A stretch of 64,000 bases of DNA, from positions 27,738 through 91,737 of IMG/VR virus record IMGVR_UViG_3300035396_000367; one strand, given 5' to 3'. Position 1 is the first letter of the stretch, and each line of letters begins with the position of its first letter. This document shows, piece by piece, positions 11,301-21,800 of this stretch. This DNA comes from a virus. The notes under the pieces were generated by a model. That model worked only from the letters and a program-made list of their open reading frames with translations. It searched no databases and was not told the origin of the DNA. The translations under genes and the position numbers were made by a program.

Positions 11301-13773
11301 TTGTAAACTTTAAGAAGTGGACTGTATCCATTTTACTTTTAACTGCAACGATTATATCGTACCGAGACATAGTATCTGTAATGTTAACGTAAGTTATGTC
11401 ACCTGTATAATTTGGAATAACCGGCATTGTAAGTCCATCCTTCCAGAACTGTATCGCGGATATACTGTTGTCACCTGTGAACAAAATAAAGTATGAACCG
11501 TGTACCTTACTCGTATCCGGCTCTGTATTGAACAAGTCATACTTGTAAACTGCTTTTGTACCAACTGACAATACACTACTAAGTGTCTGTCGGTACACCT
11601 GAACATCTGAAGAATTTACAACTGGAAATTTTAAGTTGAACCTACAGTTTGAGAATCTTGCCAGGAAAGAGTCTCCTAATTCATTTTGAAGAGTAGCAGT
11701 ATAATTAGTTAAGTCTACACCGTACACTGCTTTCTTCTCTATCGTTGAAGAGCCCTCATACAAACGCAACAGCTGTAACTGATCATTATACTCAACCTGT
11801 GAAATAATTGCTTTTTCAAGATACTTATTGTTGTGTACAACATTCGCGTTATCAAATTCTGACACATTTGTAAAATTAAAAATTGACTTTGTATCAAATA
11901 GGAGTTCTTGCCCACTCAGCGAGCCTTCCTCAAAAATAACTTTGTACAGTTTAGTTTTATCGTTAAAACATATATATGAACCATTGAACTTATTAAGTAT
12001 CGAACCAATCGCACCGGCTTGAATTACGAATGATGACCCTTCGTAATGTATGTAGGCCTCTGTACTTCCATTAGAAAACAAATATATTACTACAGTCTCC
12101 TTTGTGTACGGATTGAATGTAACAGACAAACACTTGGCACCGTTAATGAACAGTGCTGGAGGTGAAATCCTACGAGATATTGCTACAGCATCTTTAATAA
12201 CAATTCTACCACTCTCATCGTTGAAAACAACCGATAGCATCCCGGAGGCTATCTCTTGTAGAATAGCCCAACCGGACTGATCTTTAAATGAGGCATACGC
12301 TACTATAGGATCGTGAACGACACCAGTTAGGTCTAAAGTCGATACATCAACGCCTGCATCTATTAACAGTGCCTTTACTAGAAAAGAAAACTTTCTCCCA
12401 CTCCAGTCTCTAAAGAGAATATCACCACGAACAACTTTTTTTCGTATCAGTGCCCGGATACCGTCTTTACATCTGAAGTCTACTTCCATCGCCTTACTCT
12501 TAACCGAGTACGAGTTTACACTCCCTTTAAACCTTGTGAAAGACTGTCCGTTGTATATTACTGAAATCACAACACCTATGTCCGTATCCATGTACAAACT
12601 GTAGGGAGAGTCCTCATTGAACTTTGATAGAAATGAATCATGATTACTCAACGTGAAACTAGCGTCTGCAGCACTGTACCCTTGAAGGTCCTCCGCTTTG
12701 GATCTTGAAATTCTGAAAGTCTTAGCTCGATTAAACCCTTCTATGTAATCTTTCTGCTCCGGGTCAGCAGTGTGCGAAGCAACGTCGTACTCCACAGACA
12801 AGTCATACAGCTTCGAAACACCGTAGTTTGCATGGAAGAAGAATTTGAACTGCAAATATCTTCCGTACACAACGTCTGTCAGTAATTCCCCTGACTCACA
12901 CTCAACCCACGGAGACCATGAACCAAAATCTTTCTCAGATACAGACCTAACAAATACACTTACGTTTGACCCACCCCAAGTAACTCGTCCCCAGTTTATA
13001 AAATCTGGACCACCCTCAACAACAGGTGAAACTGAACTATCTGAACCACTGCATAAAGTTACGTCTTCTGTAACACCACTCTTTAAAGATAACGCCGGGT
13101 ATATTTTAAGTACATCCCCTTCTTCGAAGTCAACACTTCCACTTGTTAGATTAAAAGATACATACCGATTAGAGTATTTTATCCCAACATACGCATCCTC
13201 TGTTACACCTACAGAAGAACCTTTTACAACGAATCTTGCAGACGGACCACCATCCACACACAGCAAATACCAAGTCTCAGAGAATAAATTCTTTAAATAT
13301 TTTACGTCAGTTATGGAACCATCACCTATGTTTAGTTGCTCACCTACTACACCATACGAATCAACACCACCTATCACAACACTATTCCCGGGAGAGCCTA
13401 CACCATAAAAGTTGATGCAGGAAATGCTCGAACCAGCTGAAGGAAGTTTTAGAAAGTTTGAACTTAACTCTATTGTGTTTGTAGCTTCATTTATTGATTT
13501 AACTCTGTGAGGTGTATCACTTCCTGAAAGTGTTATGTAGTTCCCCAAGGCACTGAACAGTACAGGCCCAGGTGCTATAGTTACACTATTAACTGTAGAC
13601 GAAACTACTGTCGCATCAAAATACTTTCTCGTCTCTTGAAACTGTGCAAATTGGTCATAAGTGTATATCTTAGATATAAAATCATCTTTCAGCCAATCAA
13701 ACTTTATTGAATAAGCATACTCATTTTTTAACTCTTTTGTTTTTCTCTCTGAAGCAAGTGTTAACTTAAACAA
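5377..13773 (-). CDS. Tail-tip/baseplate hub (Tal-like) protein with large insertions including CBM5/12-like repeats (2798 aa)
   Basis: Two genes after TMP. Hub-like segments ASFTLSNHD..FKGSV..FRCKD, GWAILQEIA..VFNDESGRIV, DVKNKIVV, and C-terminal DQKSIKRY..NPYV..GLPIIQLGDII. TTG start. Confidence 0.7.
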   Translation of the reverse strand: MFKLTLASERKTKELKNEYAYSIKFDWLKDDFISKIYTYDQFAQFQETRKYFDATVVSSTVNSVTIAPGPVLFSALGNYITLSGSDTPHRVKSINEATNTIELSSNFLKLPSAGSSISCINFYGVGSPGNSVVIGGVDSYGVVGEQLNIGDGSITDVKYLKNLFSETWYLLCVDGGPSARFVVKGSSVGVTEDAYVGIKYSNRYVSFNLTSGSVDFEEGDVLKIYPALSLKSGVTEDVTLCSGSDSSVSPVVEGGPDFINWGRVTWGGSNVSVFVRSVSEKDFGSWSPWVECESGELLTDVVYGRYLQFKFFFHANYGVSKLYDLSVEYDVASHTADPEQKDYIEGFNRAKTFRISRSKAEDLQGYSAADASFTLSNHDSFLSKFNEDSPYSLYMDTDIGVVISVIYNGQSFTRFKGSVNSYSVKSKAMEVDFRCKDGIRALIRKKVVRGDILFRDWSGRKFSFLVKALLIDAGVDVSTLDLTGVVHDPIVAYASFKDQSGWAILQEIASGMLSVVFNDESGRIVIKDAVAISRRISPPALFINGAKCLSVTFNPYTKETVVIYLFSNGSTEAYIHYEGSSFVIQAGAIGSILNKFNGSYICFNDKTKLYKVIFEEGSLSGQELLFDTKSIFNFTNVSEFDNANVVHNNKYLEKAIISQVEYNDQLQLLRLYEGSSTIEKKAVYGVDLTNYTATLQNELGDSFLARFSNCRFNLKFPVVNSSDVQVYRQTLSSVLSVGTKAVYKYDLFNTEPDTSKVHGSYFILFTGDNSISAIQFWKDGLTMPVIPNYTGDITYVNITDTMSRYDIIVAVKSKMDTVHFLKFTTTYSNGALYIESNTVGVPGTELISGRFDGSTFYTSGMSISKVVEGSAAGIKEQVVGTELLQFNDIFSVSVFNAGSPSFVNPYYIEGSNSGYGPNTWRFGDSLSEIVLSETSAYVNIGSDYRYFVVYNPAATFTVIDTLGFSLTDSRVKKWVSSYTNLFCIYYDRNSIYNGNIFYIKLLSGGLVLDCTYSEFASNNTLPEHGAGYYKLEESEEISSVIGVSPFPEDGKVYAVVKHNSGSYYVHIIDIENPHTNSNLIPLVVDGRDTLNGFTYDYSKKIPVMYGGYNDGRNSKGVSYSVTEKAVTATFENLAGKPVKRVVVRDMTKVSGAGDRYWYFQKFGGFAATTSDIYAWSDDMVESSQKIRCAVYQDFVQLPATGDGATTYFTLPSAYLDPLFDIQYVYVDGSDVGDNFVADGAGGIKLFFTPKNGAVIKVGNGKKIKRYSGVFRTFESTVGTTLSTGWGSLTIESPEYGVIGCRVTENSFCNQNGSVIIRGYDINNAEISETLNFATSLLMDSNGMKYVETTKEFRRFRVAGIDAAGLWVDDKSAVQFSSVYSDIIPGVDIEIYTTPNTLIEQFGGDGTVSGYTDKVGITISIIEGVTLLDSLKSLDTFTHLFSDSSMSSVYLGSGNIGDVYVRSEEELIVPYFSLAYDKNLIEVGYDVNDSDVKNKIVVSTDKLDPVPFRDIDVETGLFVGSSVLTKELSSIGWSYSDLVWAKLHRLWDNLTPIFLYKGNNTDYDVTFSNPAYVGDIQSPIRFNMNFVEDIGYLDATGFFTGSESDFNNHVLSPSKFIVHAGYGSDRVVNQLEKVYRAFAPWDKSLVDVPAEYPSKYNRDTMSWSSTWQYYRGDSVFRHGFLYCCIVDNLNQDPSTALGFWSSMLTDLNAWDVTLSYAEGSIVKWNGCMYRALQASQGVLPSTDTHWLKVYDSRLQSWAAGRDYQVGEYVSHLVSGIDRVFEAESLNVAKTPGTEPTYWDEVSANTFTLAPYVAYAVGDLVESDGRIFRCTSSWSGLDIIDFQDPAFITKFKNSWVCIDTLGNLRSYDLSGPVSVTAPAGSYILDTNHGRVRKVVTPGTQGVDLVTEPVESSYIEFWDNLKEYSDGDTILGINASDAAKVPMVSGAVNKGKTPSLNTPAYWVIDSSITKWEPGVTYLKDSMVIHGGVLYRAILTNRRLTPPSTLSDRWEVVSSSFSIDDWDASKSYKFGDIVFYLGTVYSSSKKNIGIVPFIIEKSGVVVYDTSAPWVKTMAGYDYVQNRRYSVNDVVIYSGCLYKCVVETAESPVDSTTSWELQNYAIGAWSAGTYSHSVVLHTGEYWYAGDATTDEPSLSSTDWVKLGSSILVDWDGAIKYPINSVVKDFGKVYKSILVNKGNDPSLSVGWISKTPSFVSTWVPQSYSEGSYVEYSGLYYTSLLSASSSDVPGSSPLVWTVTNSLIVWSDTIEYGLGDLVVYNEVLYKCIIVSNPPVSTSLGLEPDLYREVWEPYFNIGVDVWSAVAYSQDKLVKNGAAYYLSETATLATDVPGFSDKWSRLSIPGGDDGDFTDGIGAAYALDLTGGIRVPVGSTKFRLSLDGSPDVEIDVERYSELNQYGDYTVYAEDIVNAINDTFPGTASVERTVFNGGTVYVRVKSQVAGSASSVELSMSTGSSGCRLFFGSNRIRRTASTDTTIGEYEKLNTIVYAGGEKAAFTYYQGAYSFRPEIHNGEEVWVLVLSDSMRASCEGKKLVLHYPTRVGVDRLDVDKTYMSGSGSAKSLQRGDGKIRRLRSYTPAGLYYYPAQNTNVKGLSGFHLNMLFDVSDVYSDAVYLRVENPTDNPADALYVETEDPSGMSVWVSRVELRGRPMVSAAKELTIVRDQKSIKRYQEIEYKFSNPYVTDVATAKKIANYMLPRKAFPLIKMDVSCVGLPIIQLGDIIGVNDIYTFLNYELFELISCEESMNQSSGYTMSMTLTEIRDKYTVKGDGVRVVSKEQQKLFIGGL
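6720..8795 (-). repeat. Tandem array of ~13-14 CBM5/12 (ChtBD3)-like protein repeats in the hub protein
   Basis: Recurring W-x4-5-Y-x2-G-[DS]-x-V-x3-G-x2-Y...P...W units, e.g. WDVTLSYAEGSIVKWNGCMYRAL, WEPGVTYLKDSMVIHGGVLYRAI, WSDTIEYGLGDLVVYNEVLYKCI. Confidence 0.8.
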
Positions 13774-13774
13774 A

Positions 13775-15811
13775 TTAGATCTCCTGAATCTCCATCCTGT
13801 ACTGGTATGTAGATGTGGCCGCTTCCTGTTCCGATTTAGAGGTTTTCCGTCTATCTACTGATAAACTACCCGGAACTATTGTGCATCGATAAAAGTCCAA
13901 CGTATCTGTTATCAAACCAAGTATACCTGTCCTTTCGGAAAGTTCTTTAAGCTGTAGATACATACCGTGTGAAATCTTATCTCCTCCAACTGACATTTTA
14001 TCATAATTTTTAGAACCTATGGTCTGTTTAGCGTACCCACCACCTAGTAGCTTTACAAGAACAGTATTTGACTCATTGCTGAGACCTGCTGTACTCGGGT
14101 TTGCTTCAAACTTAGTAACTGCACTCTCGTCATTTATAAACAAATTACTAAAGTTTGAACTGGTATATATTTTTATACCTGAAAATTCAACGTACCTATC
14201 TTCTGCAATTGCTGATCTAAGTACGTAGGGTGTAACCTGTAAACTATCTGATTTAAAATTATATTTCAAAAACAAATCAGTACCTGGACTGTAGTTATTG
14301 AATGTCAATCTTCCAGTTGAAAGTTGCAGCCTTGCTAACTCTGTTGATCCGTCCATAAACTGTATCTTGTCAGAGTCTATATCAACCACAGTTGTATGCA
14401 CGTTTATTGTACCATCAGGAGTACGGACATACAAAACTAAATCTGCATCCTTCTTCACTCCTTTAAATTTAGTATAAAATATGTTAGAACTCTGAGATAC
14501 ATTCTCTGTTAGAAAGTCCTTTGTTAAAGGTACCTGTACGGTAGAAATTGAACTGCCTGAAAACCCATAAGTAGTAATTGTAGACGAAGCATCTACCCTT
14601 CCACCAGGTACTGTGAAAGGATTTGGAATACCTGTGTACGTTTCAACACCGTTAACATTCACTTTGAAGTAAGCCAGTACGTAATTTTGATACTCAGCCT
14701 CTCCGAACTTATTAGTGTACGGAAGATATACTGCACAAAACTTACCATTACTGTCGCTCGCAACCTGTGTCGCACCTCTCACTACTTCTTCGTCAGGGCT
14801 ATTTGATGTATTGTCATAATAATAGGGCACTACAGTTATCTCATACCAATCCCCCGGCGTAGCTGTGTCTTGCATTGCACTGTTGGATATTACAACCCTT
14901 ACAAAGTCACCCATGTAAGAACCTGAAAATATGTATTTCAAATACTTTAATGTAACATCGGTGTATTTCATTACTTTGTACTCACCACCTTTTACAGATG
15001 GAAATACACCAGAGTCAATATGCTTTATTCCCACACCACCATGGACTGTAGGTATTCCAGCCTGGAATGTAAACGACTCTGGTATTGTTTGAAAGTTTCT
15101 CCTACTTCCAACAAACTCAATATTGTTTAAGTGGTACATTAAACCACCACCTAACGGCTGAAAGTCGAATGTAAGGCTGTGACTACTTTCAGTCCCTTTC
15201 ATTCTAAATACAGAGTAATCTTTCCCGTCACGTAAGCAGTCACTATGGTGGAAAAAACTATAGGATATTAAAAGGACATCACCGTCCTCAATAGTTTTAA
15301 CAGAGTCCAAACCTGTCACCCTAACTAGGTTAGAATGAAGCACCGGTGTACTTGCCGTGTTTAAACGATCCAGCTCTTCCGCGTAGGGTTCTAACAGTGA
15401 AATATTTAGTGATGGAACAGGGTATACAACACCAAACTTATTTTGGATGAATGCGTCAACTGAGTGCGTACCGGCAGAAAAAACTATCGGACCATACTCT
15501 GTTGTTACGTCTACAGATATGTTACCAGGCGATAAACATTTCACAACCTCTTTAACGGATCTTGTTATAAAGTCGGAAGCTGTGCTTAGAAGGTAAGGTC
15601 CTTTTTCTTCGTACGTTTGTTCAACGTCAGAGAATACATCAACAGAACCGTACATAGGATGTCTGTCCAGCTCTTGCTTTGCACTCAGCATGTTTGTATC
15701 GAGATAGTTTCCATCTTCATCTATCTCAACACCTCTACCGAAAGATTCGTAAGGACCAATCTTCCACCGTATAACACCTATCTCATTTCTAAAAAAATTA
15801 TTATCTGGCAT
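13775..15811 (-). CDS. Distal tail (Dit-like) protein with insertions
   Basis: Directly after TMP; C-terminal Dit-like ending (..YQYRMEIQEI). ATG 15811 has GAGGGT RBS (track start GTG 15829). Confidence 0.5.
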   Translation of the reverse strand: MPDNNFFRNEIGVIRWKIGPYESFGRGVEIDEDGNYLDTNMLSAKQELDRHPMYGSVDVFSDVEQTYEEKGPYLLSTASDFITRSVKEVVKCLSPGNISVDVTTEYGPIVFSAGTHSVDAFIQNKFGVVYPVPSLNISLLEPYAEELDRLNTASTPVLHSNLVRVTGLDSVKTIEDGDVLLISYSFFHHSDCLRDGKDYSVFRMKGTESSHSLTFDFQPLGGGLMYHLNNIEFVGSRRNFQTIPESFTFQAGIPTVHGGVGIKHIDSGVFPSVKGGEYKVMKYTDVTLKYLKYIFSGSYMGDFVRVVISNSAMQDTATPGDWYEITVVPYYYDNTSNSPDEEVVRGATQVASDSNGKFCAVYLPYTNKFGEAEYQNYVLAYFKVNVNGVETYTGIPNPFTVPGGRVDASSTITTYGFSGSSISTVQVPLTKDFLTENVSQSSNIFYTKFKGVKKDADLVLYVRTPDGTINVHTTVVDIDSDKIQFMDGSTELARLQLSTGRLTFNNYSPGTDLFLKYNFKSDSLQVTPYVLRSAIAEDRYVEFSGIKIYTSSNFSNLFINDESAVTKFEANPSTAGLSNESNTVLVKLLGGGYAKQTIGSKNYDKMSVGGDKISHGMYLQLKELSERTGILGLITDTLDFYRCTIVPGSLSVDRRKTSKSEQEAATSTYQYRMEIQEI

Positions 15812-15821
15812 GTGTTTACCC

Positions 15822-18800
15822 TCACTCACTGTATCTTAAATTTTCGTCTTCTAGTGCCCCACGTATAACCATAGCGAGAGACCTTTGTCTGTCCGCATCA
15901 AGCTGAGAAGGATCAATAAAGTCTGCATCAATTTGTATCGTAAAGTTATTTGTAACAGGACGTACTTGAGACCATGTAGATATATCCTTTGGCCCTGATA
16001 CAACTTTTTGACCATACATTTCAGAAAACTCTTGAAGTGTCTTTGCTATCTCAAACTGACCATTACCTACCGATCTTAAATAAAGATCCTCAGCTTCTGA
16101 TATTCTATCAACCTCACCTTTGTCTGTTGTGTAAACACCCCCGGTATCACGGTTAAAACTTTGCTGTAAGTTTCGTAACGCATCAAGGTTAGCCTGAATG
16201 AAACTTTTCTCATCAGTAGCTTTACCATGCTCAGACTTGTAAAGTTCGTACTGTTTTCGAAGTAAGTCGTTTGCTTCTTTCGTAAGTGATACAACCTCTG
16301 CTTGCTGATCTGCTGCACGACTATTTATTGACATAACGTCATTGTTTACGCTGATCAATTCTGCAGTAAGTGCAAGACCTTCAGTTGAGTTACCAAGTTG
16401 GTCTGTTATAACTCCTATCAATCCGTCAAGCTCGTTTGGACTTAGCGATACACCTGCAGTAATTGCAGCGTTAAGTGGTGTCAATGCTGTTGTTATCTGT
16501 GTAGCTGTCATTGACGTACCGGAAAGCCCTGTGGATATCCTACCTACTACACCTACCCTACTAACAGACTGTGCCGCTGAAGCAATAGATAGTGCATCAG
16601 CCTGTGCTGCTGCAAGCTGAATCTGTTCACCGTAGAATGTTTTTATTTCATCCGTCAGTTCTAGATTACCGCGAGCTGTCTCAGAGAATATCTGTGTCAT
16701 CTGCTTCGGCATAGCGTTGTAAGCATCAAGGACATTACCTGCCCCCATACCGCTTACTGAACCAGCAAATGCTGAACCATCTATATTCTCTGCAAAAGAT
16801 CTGAACTCATCAAACGCTTTATTTATACCTTCAATTTTTAATTTGTTCTTACTTGTCCACTCATTGAACATATTCTCGATTGAAGAAAACTTAACCTCTG
16901 CTGTGTAAACAAAGTTATCCATCCCGGTAGCTATTACGCTAACGAAGCTGTCTGTCTGGAACTTGTACACATCAGATGTTTCATTCGCAGAAGAAACACG
17001 GTAGTTAGCTAAAGCACGTGTCAGCTCTATAACACCCATGTTTCCAACTTGGTCAGCTACACCTTTATCCAGTGAAGCAATTTGCTGTAGTTGTGATTGA
17101 GACAGTGCAGTATTAGAACCTGTTACTGAAGACTTAGCTATATTATTGCTTAGTAAGTAATTTGTAAGGTCTGTCTGGTTCATGAAGTTACCACTCTGTA
17201 TATCTGATACAAACGAACTCGAACCAGATGACATATCCTTAAACTTCTTATTACCAGATGTTGAGAAATCAAACCCACCGGATGTATTCTTTCTAAGTTT
17301 ACTTACCCAGTCACCAACCATACCTAAACCAGAAGCAGCACCTTTTAATGATTCATAAAACCCTGCATTCTTTGCTTTCGCAGAATCTAGAGCAGATCCT
17401 ATCAAGTCCCACGCACGTTTTGTGTCAGTAGCACCGTCCATCATCTTGTTTACTGCACCGGTTATCTTCTGCATATCGTCTACAAACTTCTGAACATCAC
17501 CTACATTCGCAGTAGATAATGCTGCTATCTGGTCGTCAATCGCTTTTAACGCTTCTGCTTTTTCTTTAATCTTAGTAGCATATTCACTTTGCTGCTGAGT
17601 CTGTAAAAGAATAGCTGTCTGGTATCTCTCTTCATCTGCAGTAGTCCATAATAAACCTTTCTTCGCCTCTTCTTTAAGCTCATCGTTTGTCTTATATGCC
17701 GCGCTTGCTTCATTCTCTAGTGCAGTTTTTTCAGATGCTATTCTAGACTTATCAGTGTTTAGCTGATCTACTTGCATAGTTCTTGAACCAGTTTTTAGGA
17801 ACATTCGATCCATAGCACCCTGGAAATCAAACTCTCTACCTCCGTCTTGCGTAGCCCTAAAGACCTGTATAAACTCCATAGTAGCAAGTGCCGCTTTCGA
17901 AAGCCCCTTACCGAACTCTTTTACATCACCACCAGCAGCTGTCCATATCTCTGCTATCTTATCTATTTTACCTTGTACTCTCTCAGAAAGAGTATCGAAA
18001 GATTCTGATACCTGCTCTACTGAGTATCTTGCTTCTTGCATAGACGCATACAGCATAGCCTCTGCTTCACTTAGATTTTCGTCTAGACCAAGCTTAGCAG
18101 ATATATCCTTTGAGTTACCAATTGCCGTACCTTTTCTCTTCTCTGCTTCTTCATCCCACCAAGCACCCTCTTTCATACCTTCATCAAACGTTGCGAATGA
18201 TGACCAATCCTCGCTTGAGTAAAGAGAACTTTGTTTAGCTTTGAAATCGTTAAAACCCATGTTACTTTTAATAGTCGCAGTATCTGCCACTAACTGACCA
18301 CCTGATACACTAAGTCCGTTGTCTGTTTCGAACATGTCTCTCATCTGGACCCAAGCTGTGTTATTTGCAAATGCACCTAAGTCAGATGCAACAGCAGACA
18401 TAATGTCCGACATCCCACCTAATAGATCGTCAACACTCTTGTACAGTAAACTAGCCGCACTTTCTATCATTCGTGCAGACTCTAACTGTAGTGTAAGTGC
18501 CTTAGTTTGGTTTTGAGCTTCTCTAAATTTTCTTTCTTGTTTTGTTTCCTTGTTGAACGCTCGTGTGAGTATGCTACTAACCTGTACACCAATAGCCTGA
18601 CCCATCTGTGTCCCGATTGCTTTACCAAGTGGACCCCAGATAGAACCTATAGCACCACCAACTGTCTCACCTGTTTCTCTACCAAGCTTACGGTTTTTAG
18701 CCATCTCTTCCTGTAAGTCCTCTCTATCACCCTCACCCTTTGCAACGTACTTATCGAGACCTTTCTCTTTCATCTCTGCGTAGTTACTTCTGGTCCCGAG

Positions 18801-21800
18801 TATACCGTCCCAAATTTTCTCACGAATTTGTTCCTCGAACTTATCTGTAGCAGCACCTAGCATACTAAATATGTCAGCTGCTGCTGCACCTTTATCTCCA
18901 CTCATCGCACCTTTTGAGGAGGATGCGGATGTAGCCGCCGTAGATTTTGATGAGCTACTACCAGACTGAACTGCACCGGCTAAGGCCTTAATATCTACCT
19001 TAGCACCTTCCTTTTCTTTTTGCTCCTCTAAAGATTTGCTTTCAACTTTTTCAAAACTTTCTTTTTTATTATCATCGGAGGCTTTACCTCTAGCGTATTC
19101 GTAAAGTTCTGAGTTCCCGGACATACCAGATAGGAATGCGAGACCCATATTACCACCCTGCTCTTTTACAGCAGTTCCTGCAATTTTACGCTTCTCGTCC
19201 ATTTCTTTAAAGAAAAGATTCTTACGTACTTCACTTTGTTCAGCTCGGTACATTTTCTTATCTTCTTTGCTTGCACCTTGCGCTCCCATAGCTTTAGACT
19301 TTTTTAGTCTCTCCGACCAGCTGTCGCGCATTGCCTCAACAGCTTCTTTGTCCATACCTTTTAGAACTGAACGAACATCCTGACGGAAACGAGATGTATC
19401 ACTTCGCATTGACTGAAGTTTAAACTTTGTCTCTTTCCCAAAAGCAACAGCTGATTCAGCAAGGTTCTTGTTTATTTCTTTAGACTTAGAAAAGAATGTA
19501 TCGAAATCACCTGTTTTAAAAGCTTTACTTCTACCCTCTTGAAGCTTCTCTCTTTCCGGACGTAAGTTTAATGCTCGTTTCTCATAAAACTTTTTAGATT
19601 GTTCTAATTCCTGCGATGATTCATACTTCTTCATCCCTCTAATAAGAGAATAACTAGTACCAAAACCACCTTTATTTACGTACGACTTTACATCAAAGTT
19701 TTTAAGATTTTGTTCCTCTGCAATCTTATTAGACTTTTTAGTTGCAGCTGTAACCTCTCTCTTTGCTTTATACTCTGAAATGTTTGCTTTTACATTCTTA
19801 GAAACATACTTACCAAAACCAGATGCTATTATTTTCATCTCAGCAAGTTTAGACGATAGTACATTACCCGCTTTGTAAACTGCTGTAGTTATGTTACCAG
19901 TTTTTACCATGTCAAGTGCTGACTCTTTTCTTACTTCCCGTTTTTCTGGCAGCATAAACTCGTTAGACTGTTTTGTTTCCGGTATATAACTTAAGTTTAG
20001 TGATTTAGTACTTACAGGTACTGATACAGGCCCTGGAGTAACTTCTACTACTGGATCTGAACTTCCCATAACTTTAACACTATCCATAATCTCTGTAAAC
20101 TTAAAAAACGATTTATCTTGATCTTTTCTTAATCTAGACAACTCTTTACTAAACTTTTCTAAACCTATACTAAGTTCTTTTGATACTTCTATTTCTTTCT
20201 TAGTCGTTTCATCAAGTTTTGCCATCTCCCCGGAATTAACTTCAACCTCAATACTTTCAACCATTGATTTCATGTAGGAAGCTGACCCACCTGCTGCGGA
20301 TATAACACTCCCTGAAGCAGCCGATACTCTTCTACCATCTGAACCGTACTTAGGCAACCTTGAAGCAATCTGTTGTACACCAGGTGACCCTGCGTATCTT
20401 GCAGGAATAACAACTTCACCCGGATGTAGAACTGCGGGTATCTCACCTGCGACGTAGGCCTCGTGGTTACGCATATCGGAACCGTAGTAACCATTTACTA
20501 CACCACCACCGGTTGCCATGTACACTGCACCTTGTGCATGTTTCTTACCTTTCAGCTGTACCCCAAATTCGTTGGCTAACCCTTGTATTAAATCTGTAAA
20601 TCCAATTTTTAGGTCTTGAAAGAATGTATCCTCACCTAATGACCCACCAGCACCACCTGGACCACTTACATTAGGCAATATCTTCTCCCACTGTTCTAGC
20701 GTACTTTTCATCTGGTCTTTAGATATACTATCAGGTGTTGCCGCTATCTTTTCAATCAAAGCACTTTTCTGCTTGTCTACTATGTCCTTTAGAGATACTC
20801 CAGAAACTGCAGATATTTCTTTTAACGCTGGTAAAAGATTCGTTAAGTCTACTGATAGAAGATCTACGCTATTCAATAACTCTTTTATACTCGCATCCGC
20901 AGAAACCCTTATTTCGTCTATCGGTACTTTTTTAGAGAAAGCTTTCTTTAAATTCTCTCCGACATCATTCATAAGATTGCTTCTTGCATCAGAGTTTATT
21001 GATGCAAACATATCCGTGATACCTGTTATAACAGACTCCGCATCTGTAAGATCCGAGTTTATAAAGTCGTTGAATCTGTTTACAGTTGAATCAACGGTAC
21101 TGTACATTCTCTCGTTTGCTTTCTGCACATCTAGCATTAGTGAATAGTATTGCTGAACACCACCTATTGCTGATTTAGCACTATCGTCTACTTTATCCCA
21201 TGATAACTTACCACCTTGTGTAAATACATCTATTAGAGAAACTATTGTATCTTTGTAAATGTCAGCAGCATCACCAGCCGTATTCATTGAGTCGCCGAAT
21301 ACTTGTACTTCAGCAAAAGTCTTATTCAAAGATTTCTGAAGTTCTTTAAAAGCAGAAACCTCTCCTACCGTTGTCTGAACCTTTGTCCATATAGTTTCAA
21401 ACTTACCTAACATATCTCCGGCTTCCTTTGCTTTTTCAGAAATCTCTACAAGTTTTTTAGAAACATCTCCTGACTTATCTGTTTCAGCTACTTTCTCAAA
21501 CATTTCTTTTTGCTTAGTAAGCTTGTAGTAGCTATCTCGAAGTGTGTCAACAGCTGTCGAAACTTCCGATACAACAGACTCCTCCATATCCAGAGATGTG
21601 TTTGATAAACCTTTAGCTGAATATAGTTTTCGAATAGCTGAGTATTTTTTTAACTGGTCGATTGTCTGATTTATACTCTTACCTATTCGCATACTGTTAG
21701 CTTCTATGCTTACATCAAACATTTGAGATAAGAACTCACGCCCTTCTTTGCTCTTAATATCTACAGTTGATAAAACACTCTTCAATACATTTTCGAAACT

